Positions 27,166 through 40,600 of a stretch of 64,000 nt of DNA are shown here, piece by piece. Position numbers and translations under genes: made by a program. The notes under the pieces are model-generated. The model did no database searches, was not told the origin of the DNA, and saw only the letters and a program-made list of their open reading frames with translations. Within the stretch, counting starts at the first letter, position 1; every line of letters starts with the position of its first letter. This DNA comes from Trichoplax sp. H2 (Eukaryota), in contig NOWV01000002.1 in NCBI GenBank assembly GCA_003344405.1, positions 992,001-1,056,000 of the forward strand, written 5' to 3'.

Positions 27166-30100
27166 ATGGAAGAAATTGCTCCTATGTTGGAGAAATTCAT
27201 CCAGGATGATTACATCAATCAAGCAATCCTGGACGCCAAAGAAGATTGTCTACATCATTGCCAAAGTGAAAATAACGCTCATGCCTATTACCAATTAGGA
27301 CAATTTTATTATCAGGATTGGAGTGATAACCAACTTAGCGATTTAAGTAAAGCGTTAAATTATTTCGAAAAAGCATCACAAGGTAACCATCCTATTGCTA
27401 TGTATATGCTATATGTATTACTAGGTAACCATGAAGAAGAGGTTCAAAAATTATACGGTCATCTCAGTGAACAAGATTTAATGTTAAAACGTGGTAAATT
27501 ATGCTTGAAAGCAGCTTCTCAAGGTAGGCGATCATGCAATGCCCATAAAGAAATAACCCATACTATTATTCATTCTATCTCATGGCGCGAGACTTATTTG
27601 AAGATATTAGAAGAATATAAGCAAACGATTGAAATAGAAGAGAAAAATCTACAAAGTGAGAACTTAGGCCAACTATATAATATGGTTGCTTATTTATTAT
27701 GGATGACCAATGAAGAACGAGATTTACAAATTTTTACGCAAGCCATTAACTATTTTAAAAAATCGTCATGGCAATACCAGTATGCTGCTGGTTATTATAA
27801 CTTAGCCGATTGGGCATTATCTGCTTATGCTAATATTATTGATGACGATTTCGATGAGGATATTACTGAGTGCATGAAATTGGCCGGTGAATTAGGCCAT
27901 CCATTAGCCTTATATCATTTAGCCAATGAAAGTATTAATCCAGACAGTGATTCCAATCAACGCAACATGCGAATGAGCGATTACTTAACGCGTTCGTCTA
28001 CAAGTCTTGGCTATGCCGAGACTTTAGTCTGTTTAGGTTGTCTACATTTACATGGTATTAATGATGGCCAATCGGATTTTAAATTAGCTAAACGCTATTT
28101 CCGACAAGCTTGCTTAGCACCTAGTTATGAAGAATCGCATTGGATTGGTAGTCATTGGGCCTATCATCAACTAGCTTATATCTTTGAAAAAGGTTTGGAT
28201 GATACAAAACAATATTCCTTAGCCGGTAGCTTATATGCACAGGCTGGACTATTGAAAAATTATCATTCATTTTGTAAATTAGCCAAGTTAATTGAGAAAA
28301 AGAGATTAGAAAATGCCAATATAGCCCTTGCAATTCGATTATATCAGACTGCAGCTACCTATGATGAAGATACTGCAGGATACGCTAATTATCGCTTAGG
28401 TAAGATTTACCTCAACGATGCTGAACATGTTGATGCTAATAAATCCAAGCGTTGCTTTCGGCTAGCTTATAAATTTTATAAATCGGAAATTGAATTATGC
28501 GCTAATGCTGGCCACTATTATCGCTTGGGTTTAATGCATCATTTTGGCTATGGCATTGGATTAGATCAAACGAAAGCAAGTAAATTATATCAAAAATGTA
28601 TCTACGAAGCACGCTTATCGCATAATATTTCTATCAGACATTATCGTCAAAAAGCAATCAACAAATTAAATATTCTCTTTGATGATGAAAATTATAGCCA
28701 ACAATTAGCTCATCAAGCTCCTACGACAATGCAATCCATGATGGAAAAAGTTAGTCGTTTTGATGATCCATCATGGCAGGAAATGTTAGGGTTAGATCAA
28801 GCGGCCGTATTGGAAGAAAATCATGCCTTGAAAAAACGCATGTCCCAAATTGAGGAAACACTAGAATTGATGAAAAAGAGATTAACATTAAATATCAGTG
28901 ATCAACAACAACTACCCATTCATGAGCAGACTATTACAGAAGAACAATTTTCGTCTCCTCAATCTGACCAAAATGAGAATAATAGCCAACAAGTCGAAGA
29001 TGACGGTAATTTCTCTATCTATCATTAAAAATAGTCTGTTTTACTTCATGATAAACTAGTGCCTACAACTTTATTCTATTTAACGTAGCTGAAGTGGATT
29101 GAGTAAAGGCTGCAATTATGAAAGAGAAAACTAGTTCTATTTCGTGATTTACATAAACATATTCAATTTAAAGCACTATGGTTAGGATAGGCATATAACA
29201 TAGAAAATAGCCTACTGTACTGTAAGTCTGATCAATTTTTTGCTATGTCTTTAAAAAATGGAATGGATTGAGTGAAAGTGAAAATGTAAGAGAAAATTGA
29301 GGTGTGCTACTTTACGGATAGAATCGTTTAAGGCTAAATGGACAAGAATATCAACTAGACCTATTTAGCGACTTACATTAACGTATTCAATTTAACAAAC
29401 GCATATATAGAGACACATAAACATGGTTAGGATAAGTATATAACATAAAAAATAGTATAGCGTACTGTAAATCTGATTAATGGGATAGATCGAGTGAAAT
29501 TGAAATTATGAGAGCAATTTAAAATGTGCCGCTTGTTTAAGGCTAAGTAGACATACTTAGGAGTGGAACAGACGGATCGGAATACTTAACCCCATAGTTT
29601 CACCAGTTTGAAGAAACAGAGAACATGGATTAGAAATAGTTTACTATTCTTTTCATCCATTTAGTGTAAATAGATCACATCATTCTTACCAAGATGAAGT
29701 AATTAAAACTAAAATCATAAAAGAGATTAGTCATAAGTGATATACAATTTCTGGAATTGTTTAACGTTAAAATGTACATGCGTCGATATAAAATAGACGC
29801 GTTGAAATGGTCTATTATACTTTTCATGAACTTAGTGTCTATTAATATATCATTTTTACCTAAGATTAAAGCGATTAAAAGTGGATTTATTAAAGATTGG
29901 CATATTATAGTATATAATTTCTAGAATTTATTAATGCGGAAATAGGCATTATTAGATATGGAATAGATGGGTCGAAAATGATCTAGTATACATTCATAAA
30001 TTTAGTATCTGTTATTATAACAACATCATTTTAATCAGAACTGGAACCTTAAAAGAGAAGATTGTGCATTCTATGTAATTTCTGGAATTGTTTAAAGTCG

Positions 30101-31212
30101 GAAAATGCACATGTATAGACATAGACTAGATGCACAGAAATAGTCTACTGTGCTTTTCGTCAATAAATAGATATGTATACGTGTAGATACCCAGACTGAA
30201 AACAGTCTGCTCTACTTTATATCAATTAAGTAATTATGACAATATCATTTAACGTAAGATTTGATTAATTACAACTGGAGGTATCATAAAGAAGATTTAG
30301 CAAAGTATGTTAATCTTGGAAATCTTTAAAGCAAAAAAATCACATGCAGAGATGTGTATTAATGGTACAGAAATAGTCTACTATTCATTGATTTATAGAT
30401 ATACTTGTTGTATATGATATAAACTGAAAACAGTCTGCTACATATTTAATCAATTTAGTGCCTACCATCATATCATTCCTAGGAAAAAATGGAGTAGCTT
30501 GATTAAAGTTAGATACATAAAGAGAATGTTAAGCCTATTAAATGATTACTAGAATTGCCTAAAGTTAAAATATGCTTTATAAGATATACGGTAGAATAGA
30601 GGCATCAACATTATCGACGAAGATTTCATCAGTTTAGTATCTAGGATCATATTTTTCTACAAAAGATTGGACTAATTAAAATGGAAACTATGAAATAGAA
30701 AATTAGGCATACTATGTGATTATAGAATCATTTATAGCTAGCATATACATGCAGAAATAAGGAATTAATGCATCGAAATAGTCTACTGTATTTTCATGAG
30801 TTTAGTCTCTAGAACTAGCATTAAGATTTGAACTCGTATAACGTACTGTCCAGTGGCAGGCTATTTGTTCCTTCTTTCCGAAAAGTGGGATAGCTTACCT
30901 GTTTCAATACTTTTATCCTACCTAATGACGAATTTGATCTTCTATTTTCTTCGATACTAAGCCATTTTTGTATTTTTATCTACTATAGTTTACATAGATG
31001 GTGTCAAGCTACGAAAAAAGAAAGCCAGTCCTTCAACTCCCGTCAAAACAAATAATATACAACCATCTCGAGGCTCTCCTAATTTAGCCAATGAGAATCA
31101 ACAGTTAAAGCAAGCTAATAACAGATTAACTCTTGAAGTTTCCGAGCTGAAAGAACAAGTTAAGAGATTATCAGTTATTATTAATAAGGCCTCAAAAGAA
31201 ACTGACTTATAA
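27166..31212 (+). CDS. SEL1-like repeat protein 2 with C-terminal coiled coils
   Basis: Large exon 27166-29005 (YQLGQFYY..KALNYFEKAS; SFCKLAKLIEK; GYANYRLGKIY; LGLMHHFGYGIGLDQTKASKLY). Phase-1 intron to in-frame exon 30998-31212, DGVKLRKKK..LANENQQLKQANNRLTLEVSELKEQVKRL..ETDL*. Confidence 0.88.
29092..29552. repeat. Diverged local duplication in the SLR2 intron
   Basis: atggttaggata.g.atataacata.aaaatag...gtactgtaa.tctgat occurs at ~29178 and ~29423; ggattgagt..a block at ~29096, 29265 and 29486. Confidence 0.75.
29625..30812. repeat. Diverged tandem array, about 6-7 units of 165-240 bp, in the SLR2 intron
   Basis: Recurrent gaaatagtctact..tttcat..ttagt.tct and aatttct.gaattgtttaa blocks at ~29633, 29805, 29975, 30137, 30370 and 30775. 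Confidence 0.85.
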
Positions 31213-31710
31213 CGTTCAGAGACAAACTGGCTAGCGAACTCTTCTCAAGATTGTCTTACATATCTTCGACTATGATCAACTTCAAAGTCCCAAATTATCG
31301 TATTCGCCATAAACTAATGAATAGACGATATTAATCTCAAAATAGTCAAGATATTGCTCCTAATGTAAATAAATTAACCATAAAAGTGAAAATCTATGTT
31401 TATAGTATCACTTAAGCTTGTTACCCTATTTAAAAACAGACTGCACTGTTGCCGTCTATTTCCCTACAGGAATAGTATTTGTTGACGATAAAAAAGTGCT
31501 CGATAGCTTGCCAGGATCAATTTTCTCCTACATGATAGTCTTCATCTATCGAAATATCATCTGAATCTCGGTAGAAATGAATTTTACATAAATTACTTCT
31601 AAAAATATCAATGCTTTTCTACTTTTAATACGAATCATAAAGATAGCCTATAACAAGTCTTTCAATCAATTGTTGAAAGTTATAACTTAATCATTTTGAG
31701 AAGAACTTAC

Positions 31711-33393
31711 CAGAAGCAAGGCAAAAGCAACCAGTTTCCCTTCAGCCATCATTTTTGAGTAAAATAACTCGTGGTTATATAATATGAACGTCTTAGCGAG
31801 ACTAAATAACAACGACTTACAGCTACATCGGATTCCAGTAATCAAGAAGCCTTTATTTGAGTTCGAGTGATCAACTACCAATCACCATCGATGGTATTGC
31901 AACAATCAAAGGCTAAAACCATATGATTGAAATAAAAGGGTGGACTGCTTAAAATAGATGGTATAAATTACTGAACATTTATAAGGGTTCTAAAAAGAAC
32001 TCCAATTCATCATCGTTGATAACTTGCAAGACTGAAATTTATGATTGAAATGGACGGCCCATATTAAGAATTTTCTTCTCCAAATGCGTTTACAGTGCTC
32101 GTAAAATCAACCATCGAGAGCACTGTTGTAGGGCTTAAATCGAAGAAACTACCCTATCGAATAGAATAGAAAGCATCATTATAATTGATTACTCAAATTT
32201 TCTTAAATGTGTAATTCATTCCATACAAGTTAGGTAAAAGAATCTACACTTCCTTACTTTACTTCAAAATTTAAGCTAAAAATATTCAAAGCTGTCGTTC
32301 AATCACTTTCATAATTTATTTTATGCAATCTTATATACTAGTAGGCTGTAATTATACCAATGAATTAAATTTAATAACGTACATTCATTCTTTCTTGGCA
32401 TTGGTAAAATGTTCATGGAATAGCTTTACTTCATGTGAACTAACGTTAGCATTTCTCATCTGTTCCATGATAATTAATAAGCTATTTCTGTCGCGATGAT
32501 TTATTCATATTCTATACGACGTAAATTTTACAACTTTTATAAACTCTTTCTTCTTCTATTTTATAATCATAACTTGCTATAATTCATTCTTTCGTTCGTA
32601 ACTATCGTATAAATGAATGAGCACATTTTTACTTTATTTAACCCATATCACACTGTAAGTAAATTATAGGTATGGAGTTTAAGATTTACTAACTATAAAA
32701 TTCGATGAATGTAAGATTTCATTCATTCCACAATTTCCAATCTACTGTAAACCTTTCATTTTAGAAACTCAACGGAGACTGTAAGCATTCCATTCAATCT
32801 GTTGATAACCTTCAATCAAGTAAAACTGATTAATATAATTACATCTTTTCTTAATCATTTTTAGCTATACCTACTCAATTTATGATATAAAAATATCTAG
32901 TAGGAAGTAATTTATCACTCTACAACATCCAATTTAATAATCATTTGCAGGGTGTATATCTTCATCCGTAGGTATCTAGCATGACAAAATATTTTAACTT
33001 TTCTTCTTTCATATCATGTTGGACGATTGATTAACATCCATGTTTCAATATCTAATCAAACATTGATTGGAAACTAATAGAATCCCTTCTCGACAAAGCT
33101 AAAGTCTTTTGACAATGTCGTTTACTATTTAAAGTTATCATTAAATAACCGCCAACAGACAAAATGTCTCTTCGTCTCTTCTTTTGGTAAAAATGAATCT
33201 TATGATGCTTTTACCTTGTTGCCAATTGCTCTAAGACGAAACATCATATAAGAAATATCTCGAGCTACTCGATTCTCTGTACCACTGGCAATAGCTACAG
33301 AGCCAAATAAAAAATCTTTTCCTATTTTTAACTTATCTTTGAATGTAGGAAAATTACTGTCTCGATTTCTTCTTTCTACGTTATCATTAGAAA
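31711..33393 (-). pseudogene. NACHT-family STAND NTPase pseudogene
   Basis: Conceptual translation across stops and frameshifts gives KIGKDFLFGSVAIASG..SYMMFRLRAI (Walker A region, ~33325), KYFVMLDTY/DED (Walker B, ~32991-32958), DKLLP, FYLIEGY..NAY and TPYL*FTYSVIW, in NACHT order. A second exon-like block lies at 32153-31711. Confidence 0.6.
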
Positions 33394-34952
33394 CTAAACA
33401 TTTTAGGATAGGTAATTAAGCATGTTGCCAATGGCTTTAGGTTGGATACCTTATCAAGAAAAATATTCAATCACTCCCACCTCTAGGCTACGATATAATT
33501 AACGATTACTTCAGAACAAAAATGAAATCGTTTGGAATTCTACATTGCTATTTTATGTTATCGATTAACGAGAAAAAGACTTTCTCATTTTCTTAATCTA
33601 ATCTATTATTGAAAAGTATAACTGATAGTACTTTGCCCCGTTGTAATTGCCTAACATTGGAATACCTTATGAAGAAAATATCAAACTCTTATGAAGAAAA
33701 ATACCAAGCTATTTAAAATACATTCTAACTCTCTCATTCCACTGACATCATTATATTTGTATAATGTTAATGAAATAATCCTATATTTTATTAATTAATC
33801 AATCCGCGTTCCTATCTGTAATCCTTCATATACAGTATTACTACTAAGCCGCCCTAAAAAATTTCTCATATTAAGCGATTTGTTTGATGCATATTTGAGA
33901 TAGTTTATATAAGAAAGATCGCTATCATATGCAGCTTAGTCTCCATTTACCCCATGAATTGGAGTTCTACCACAATAGTAAAGTACTGTAATCGTAGATT
34001 GTAATAATTAATCTGTTAACCTCATAGTTGATAGTTGATAGGGTATGCATATTACTAAATGAATAATATATTAACACTAAAGTAATCGTCGATTTTAATA
34101 ATTAATTAATCCGTTAACCTTATAGTTGATAAGGTAAATATATTGCTAAATGAATGATATATAACGCTTTTGATGTGGATTGAAGCTGGCATATAGTATC
34201 CGGAAATATCAAAACTGTTTGTTTTTATATGCAGATTAATCCTAATTTAGGTTTATGGCTATATTTTTGGGGTTCTACCGAAATAGTAAAGTATCAACCG
34301 ATATCAACAATCAACTAGTAAATTTGCTTTTCATTCTACTTTACAGTACAATTCAATTCTAAGTAAATTTCATATTGTGCTTAGAACATGAATAACCTCA
34401 ACTTTACAGGAAAATATTGATGCAATGTAGCGAGAGCACGCCATGTAGCTATTGGTAATTGTGTCTAAACAAATACTGCATCCTTTCATCTCGTACAATC
34501 CACGTAAAAATTGCATAAACCTAATTCTTAGCGGTAAAAGCTCTCCAAGGCAACGTAACCTTTCTAATCAGCGAATCAATGGAACATTCTTTTGCTCATT
34601 GTTGGTCTATATATTCCCATGTGGATTGATCAAATAAAATATATATATACATTATGTCGCCAACTATTTCAGACTACAACGGAAACAAAAAAAATATATG
34701 TCAATAGATGGCGTCTACTAGCAATTATTCTTGTTCTGCCATGGCTTTTAGATTGCCTTGGTGAACTATTTCAAATTACCCATAAGACAAGAGTAATTTC
34801 ACTTCATATTACCTACTGGGGATAGTAATTGCTTTGCCAGCTGTTAACTCTTATCAAACTGTTTGAACTATCAATTAGGTCAAAAATTATTTCAATTTTA
34901 TTATATTATCTGGTCGTTCTTATTATTGCCTTTCCATAGCAAGATCAACCAG

Positions 34953-35440
34953 AAAATATTTTAGACCAAGCCCTCGATCATTATGTTAGACAATGAAAGG
35001 CAAAAATGATCAGAATGTATCCTATCTATGAATGTTAGCTATTAATTTATTCTTTCATTAAATCGATCGCTAATTACTCTATATTTTAAATCGAAGGTAA
35101 AAGATTGAAATACAGAAAACATTTTAAACTAAGCCCTAGAATATTATATTTGACGATAAAATTAAAAATGATCAGAATTCATCCTGTCTATGGATGATAG
35201 CCGTTGATTTACTCCTCTAATAAATCTATCATTAATTACTCGACATTTTAAATCTAGGGAAAAAGATTTATACCCACAAAGTATCTTAGACCAAGCCCTC
35301 GAATATTATATTAAATAATGAAAGGCAAAAAACGATCGGAATTCATCAGTTCCATGGATGATAGCCATCAATTTATTCCTTCTTTGATTCGATCGCTAAT
35401 TATTCTACATTTTAAATCTAAAGTAGAATGATTGAAATCA
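34953..35440. repeat. Tandem repeat, 3 copies of about 162 bp
   Basis: aagccct..a..attat..aaaaa.gatc.gaat..atc...attttaaatc at ~34968, 35131 and 35293. Confidence 0.9.
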
Positions 35441-36047
35441 ACCTTAATCACTACATATGATTCTTACTTTAGCTCACTGTAGAATAGAAATACTTTATAC
35501 AACCATTGAATCTCAATATTGCAGTAATTTACTCTTTTCTTAACTCTTTAATTCGTTCTATTCCTTCAAATGTTTTCTTCCTGTACGATATTCATAAAAT
35601 AATTTACTTTAAAGTGATTATTTTCATATTAGTTCTTAGAATCATTGTTAACTATAGCTATTAGCGATGAATCGATGAAACTCAATCCTGGTTTCTTCCC
35701 TTTGACCTATAATTCTCTTCATAGAAATAGATGGAAAGCGTAGATACCAGTGTTATGGATATTGTTCTGCTCTATTATCCATTCAAGGGAATTTAGTAAA
35801 GCCACTAATTACTGTTATGAATAATTCATTTTTCTATCCATTGAAAAATAAAATAGAAGATTTAATCTGAGGTCATGTAGAGGGAGGGAGAGAAACAAAT
35901 AAGAATAAAATCATTAAAACAGTACAGTTCTACTTCCATGCACCATTCTTGGACAATCAAGACTTAGACTGCGATCAAACCTAGTCGCTAATTTTTCTGA
36001 TTAAGGGATTGATTTTCCTCGTTATTAAACTGGATTAAGGGGAATCC

Positions 36048-36975
36048 AGTAACACACATTGAATATCAATTTGTTACAATATACCATAGACAGATTAATA
36101 TCTCCTTAAATCGATAGAGTGATTGATTCATCTTAATCTCGCAGTACAGTCGATTTCAAGGGCATAAAGTAGAACAAAACTAAAATAAGAATCCAGTCTT
36201 TCAAGCAATACAGCTCTTCTTGAGTTTACAACCATTGAATAATCAAGGCATAGGCTAATATCCGTACTAGCTGGCTAGTTTACAGACGAATCAACTCAAT
36301 TTAATCCTTATTAAACTGACGGAAGGAAAATAAATTAATCCAATAACACGATTTGAATCCCATCTTGTAAAACTATACCAAATGTATTGTAAAATCATCT
36401 TAATACTATGGACAAACTGATCATTTAGGCCTATTAGTAAAGTTAATTGAAGACCATTGAGTAAAATAATAGCAAATAAGAATAAAAAATACAGCTCTAA
36501 TTGCATATATAATCTTTGAATAATGGAGACCTATGCCCATGTTATTCCTAGTCGAAGGTTTGAACTAATTAATAGATTCACTTATGTTATGTAATGAATA
36601 GGATGAAGGAAAGCTAATCAGTTCAATAACACTCGTTAAATTCCACATTGCAGCAATTATCGATGATAGACATATTGAAATTACCTTAAATCCATAGTTG
36701 GTCTAATTATTTATTCATATAAACCTGCTAGTAAAGTTAATTCATCTCTATTCTAATAAGAGAACAAAATCCACAACGATCAAATCGTGCATAGAGGATA
36801 ACTCTATCTTGCATCGACTATTTTGAAATAATCAAGAGATCGACTAATTCTAGTCGCAAGTTTTCCCAACTGATCGACCGGAATAAACACTAGTTGAATA
36901 CCATGTTGTAACAATATACCTTAGCCATATTAGAATTACCTTAAATCCATTAACAAGCTAATCATTTATTCATAG
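36048..36975. repeat. Highly diverged tandem repeat, about 4 copies, period 260-295 bp
   Basis: aacac...tt.aat...ttgt..caatatacc...cttaaatc.at recurs at ~36050, 36345, 36627 and 36886. Confidence 0.65.
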
Positions 36976-37637
36976 TAACAATCTAGGCAAACTGTCAATA
37001 GGCTTTGCATTGCCAATTTATTCATTATATTTACATCATTTTTAGACATCAATCATGCATTAGGTCTAATCAGTCTAGTGCTCGCTAATGAAATGCCTGT
37101 TATATTGAATCGATTGCACCTATTGATAATTTAATTTGGTTTGTCAAGGCAATAGAATAGAATAAAAGTCACACAGTGCATAAATTATAAGCTAAAGGAT
37201 GATGAACAAAGACGATATCCTCTAGACATTAACGACACCCACCTGATTTCTTCCATTGGCTGCGTATTACATAAAGGAAAAGAAAAGGGAGAAATAGGAT
37301 AAGGATTAATTCTCTCCTTAATTTTAATACAAATCCCATGGTTATCAATCCTCCGTTGGCCTAGACAATCTTGTCCATCGCTATTAATCATTCTTACCGT
37401 AAATAGGTTGGGTCCATTTTTTTTTAAAGGGGAATTTATTACTTAGTCTAAGAAAATTATTCTCCTTCCTGAACGCTATTAGCTTGAAAGAAATACTAAC
37501 GAAAGAAGAAGAAGAAGAAGTTATAGAAACTAGAGAAGAAGGAGCCGTAGAAGCTAAAGAAGATAAAAAGAAGAAACGTAAAAACCTTTTCTACATTTGT
37601 CTCAAGTTTAACATCTCCACTTAATACAATCATCACT

Positions 37638-40600
37638 ATGGGAAATTCATTAACAGCAAAGCATGTCATCGAGAAATATTCTCTCAATAATATCATGGAG
37701 CACTTATATAATAAAACATTCAAATATCATCAGTTACAAGCCAATACAACGGATGATCCAAATTCACACTTTCAACTGGGATACATCTACCATCGTGGCT
37801 TAGGATCAATTCCACAAAATCTTGAAAAAGCTTTCTACCATTACCAAATTGCAGCCCATTATAATCATCCTACGGCTCAATATATCTTAGCTGAATTTTG
37901 TAAAATTCGTGATGGTGAAGAAGAAGATGAAGAAAGTGAACGAAGTGGAGTCTTAGCTACTGATAGTATCGAACTAATTCGATTAAAAGCTTCTATGTAC
38001 ATTAAATCGGCTGCTCGTGGTGAATTATATTCCAATGCGGCACGCGAATTATGGCAACTGTATAATAATTCAACCATGTGGTATAATATTGTCAACGAAA
38101 TACGCAATACTTACATGGATATTATATGCGATAGCACTTACCATGTCAAAAGTGATGAAGTACAACGGCGTTCACTGGCTGAAATTTATAACCAATTAGG
38201 TTATTTAGCCGCCCATTTTAAATTAGATCGCATGGAAGATGATTATCAACATGCTCTACAATATTATAAGACAGCAGGTCGATTAGGCAGTCCATCCAGT
38301 TATTATAACATTGCTTGTATGTATCATGATGGCCATGGTGTAGTGGCGAATAAATCCACTGCTTTACACTATTATAAAAAAGCCAGTAAAAATGGTCATG
38401 CACTTTCGCAATTTATTGTCGCTGAATTATTACTCAGTACTATTGAAGCTGGTCAAGAAATGGAATCAGCTAGAGCTTGCTATTATTATTTACAATCGTC
38501 AAGGTATAGCTTTGCATCCACATTACTCAATTTAGGCTATATCTTCCTACATGGGATTGCTGGTATGAAACAAAGTTATACAGTTGCTTTGCAATATTTT
38601 GAAGAAGCAGCTGTTGCTGTTGATTTCTGCAATCGTAAAAGTAATCATTGGGCATTGCATGAAATTGCTTATATGCACGAGCATGGATTAGGTACTGAGA
38701 CGAATTATAAACTTGCTGCTGCTTATTACGCTGAAGCAGCTCAATATAAGTACCATGAATCGGTCAATAAATTAGCTAAATTATTGGAGAAGAAAAAATT
38801 ACCTGATGCAACGTTAGAAATGGCCATCCAGCTCTACCAAGCCACTTCAACGGAAGGTGAACATGCTGCAGCTTATGCTCATTATCGTTTAGGTAAAATT
38901 TACTGGAATAACTTGGTTAATGATTCACCGTTGAAAAATCGTGTTACAGCAAATAAATATTTTACTGCTGCTCTGCAATATTATAACGATGCTATTGTTA
39001 AAGCTCCTCTACCTGGCCATCTCTATCATTTGGCCATAATGTACGAAAATGGCTTAGGAGTTAAAAAAGATTTACAAATTGCAATACGATATTACAATAG
39101 AGCTGTCGATGAATCGGTCAAAACTTTCAATATATTCGACAAGCATTATGGCCATAAAGCTGAAGTAAAGCTACAAAAAGTCGATCAAAGTACACTTGAC
39201 CAACGCCATCCTCGAATGGGCGATTTAAATACTCAATTACCCATCGTATCTCCAAACAAAGATGAAGGAAATCGATTTAACGGACTATCGCCTTCTTCCT
39301 CTCTCCATAGCGAATCGGTTGACAATCAAATCGGTAAAAAAATTAAGATATTCAGTTTCCAAATAACTGCATCACTGTCTATTCGATTCTCTTTCTATAC
39401 ATTTACTGTAATCTTTGAAATCATACACGTATGCTTAGCATAGATCTAACGTTCACCAGATTACTTATTAACCCTGGATTAAAGAATTTATGATAGATCC
39501 TTAGATCCACAAGGTTAACTTACAGTATGAGTAATATGCTAAACAGTCGGTTTGATCTCAGATTCTTTTCGTAAACTTTATATTAAATAACGGTAGCTAA
39601 TGCGTATAAATACTTGATCATTACTTTAATTACCATTTCAACTTTTACTAGTAAAATTCCTGTGTATAGATTTTTTCGCTAAATTATCTATTGGGTATCT
39701 ATTACAGAGTAGATCCTCATAACGACATGGATAACTAAAAGTACAATTAAAATATTGAACCTTCAATTAGAGCTCTTATTCTTTGATATCAAAGTGCGAT
39801 ACGGTAGTTAACACTTACACGTGCATGCACATATAGACTACTTGAACTACTGCTTACAATCTTATAAATATAGTTACCGTATGAGTTTAGTTCGCGAATT
39901 ACTCATTCGCTCCTATTACAAGAGGTAGATTCTCGATATGGTAAGGATTGATACAATTAGATCATCGCCATCTAAACTTCTCTTTTATAAATACCTGCCA
40001 ATTTAGGATAGATTATTCCTTTATAATTTATTATAGAATAATAAAATTATTCTACTGAGCAATTTCATTTACGCTATATTAATGTAGATATGTTGCAGCA
40101 CCACAAACAACTGCCGGAATTAAACTATAATTCAGATTCTGATGAAGACCTTTTAGGCGATGTTGATTCTGATAATGAATTAAAAGATATCCTAGAAAGC
40201 GAAGAATCGAAACTGGAAAAGCGATTATCACTTGTCCGTAAGACATTCCAGTTAATGAAATTTAAAGATTTGAGTCAAAATCATAATGGTCTTGATGAAT
40301 TAGCTACAAAAGATGCCGAGATGCCAGCATTAGAAATTTCAAGTATGTTATTTAGACAATCATATTGAAGGCCTGAATCATTTTATTATAAAAGATAGCA
40401 AATATCTCCACAAATATTTACCATAGAAAATAATACATATCGCCACATACATTTACCTTAACACTGTGATATGTCATTTCTTTATTTAAATAGATCGTAA
40501 ATTTTACAACAATTTCTTCGTTATATACCCATTCCTAAAATCTACTTTTAATTTAATAGCTCCACAAGGAAAAGATAAGATTTCCTACAAAGATATCCAA

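Noticed and set aside
29625..30812. CRISPR-like array
   Set aside because: The whole units are homologous and diverged. There are no identical short repeats with unique spacers and no cas genes, and the context is a eukaryotic intron.
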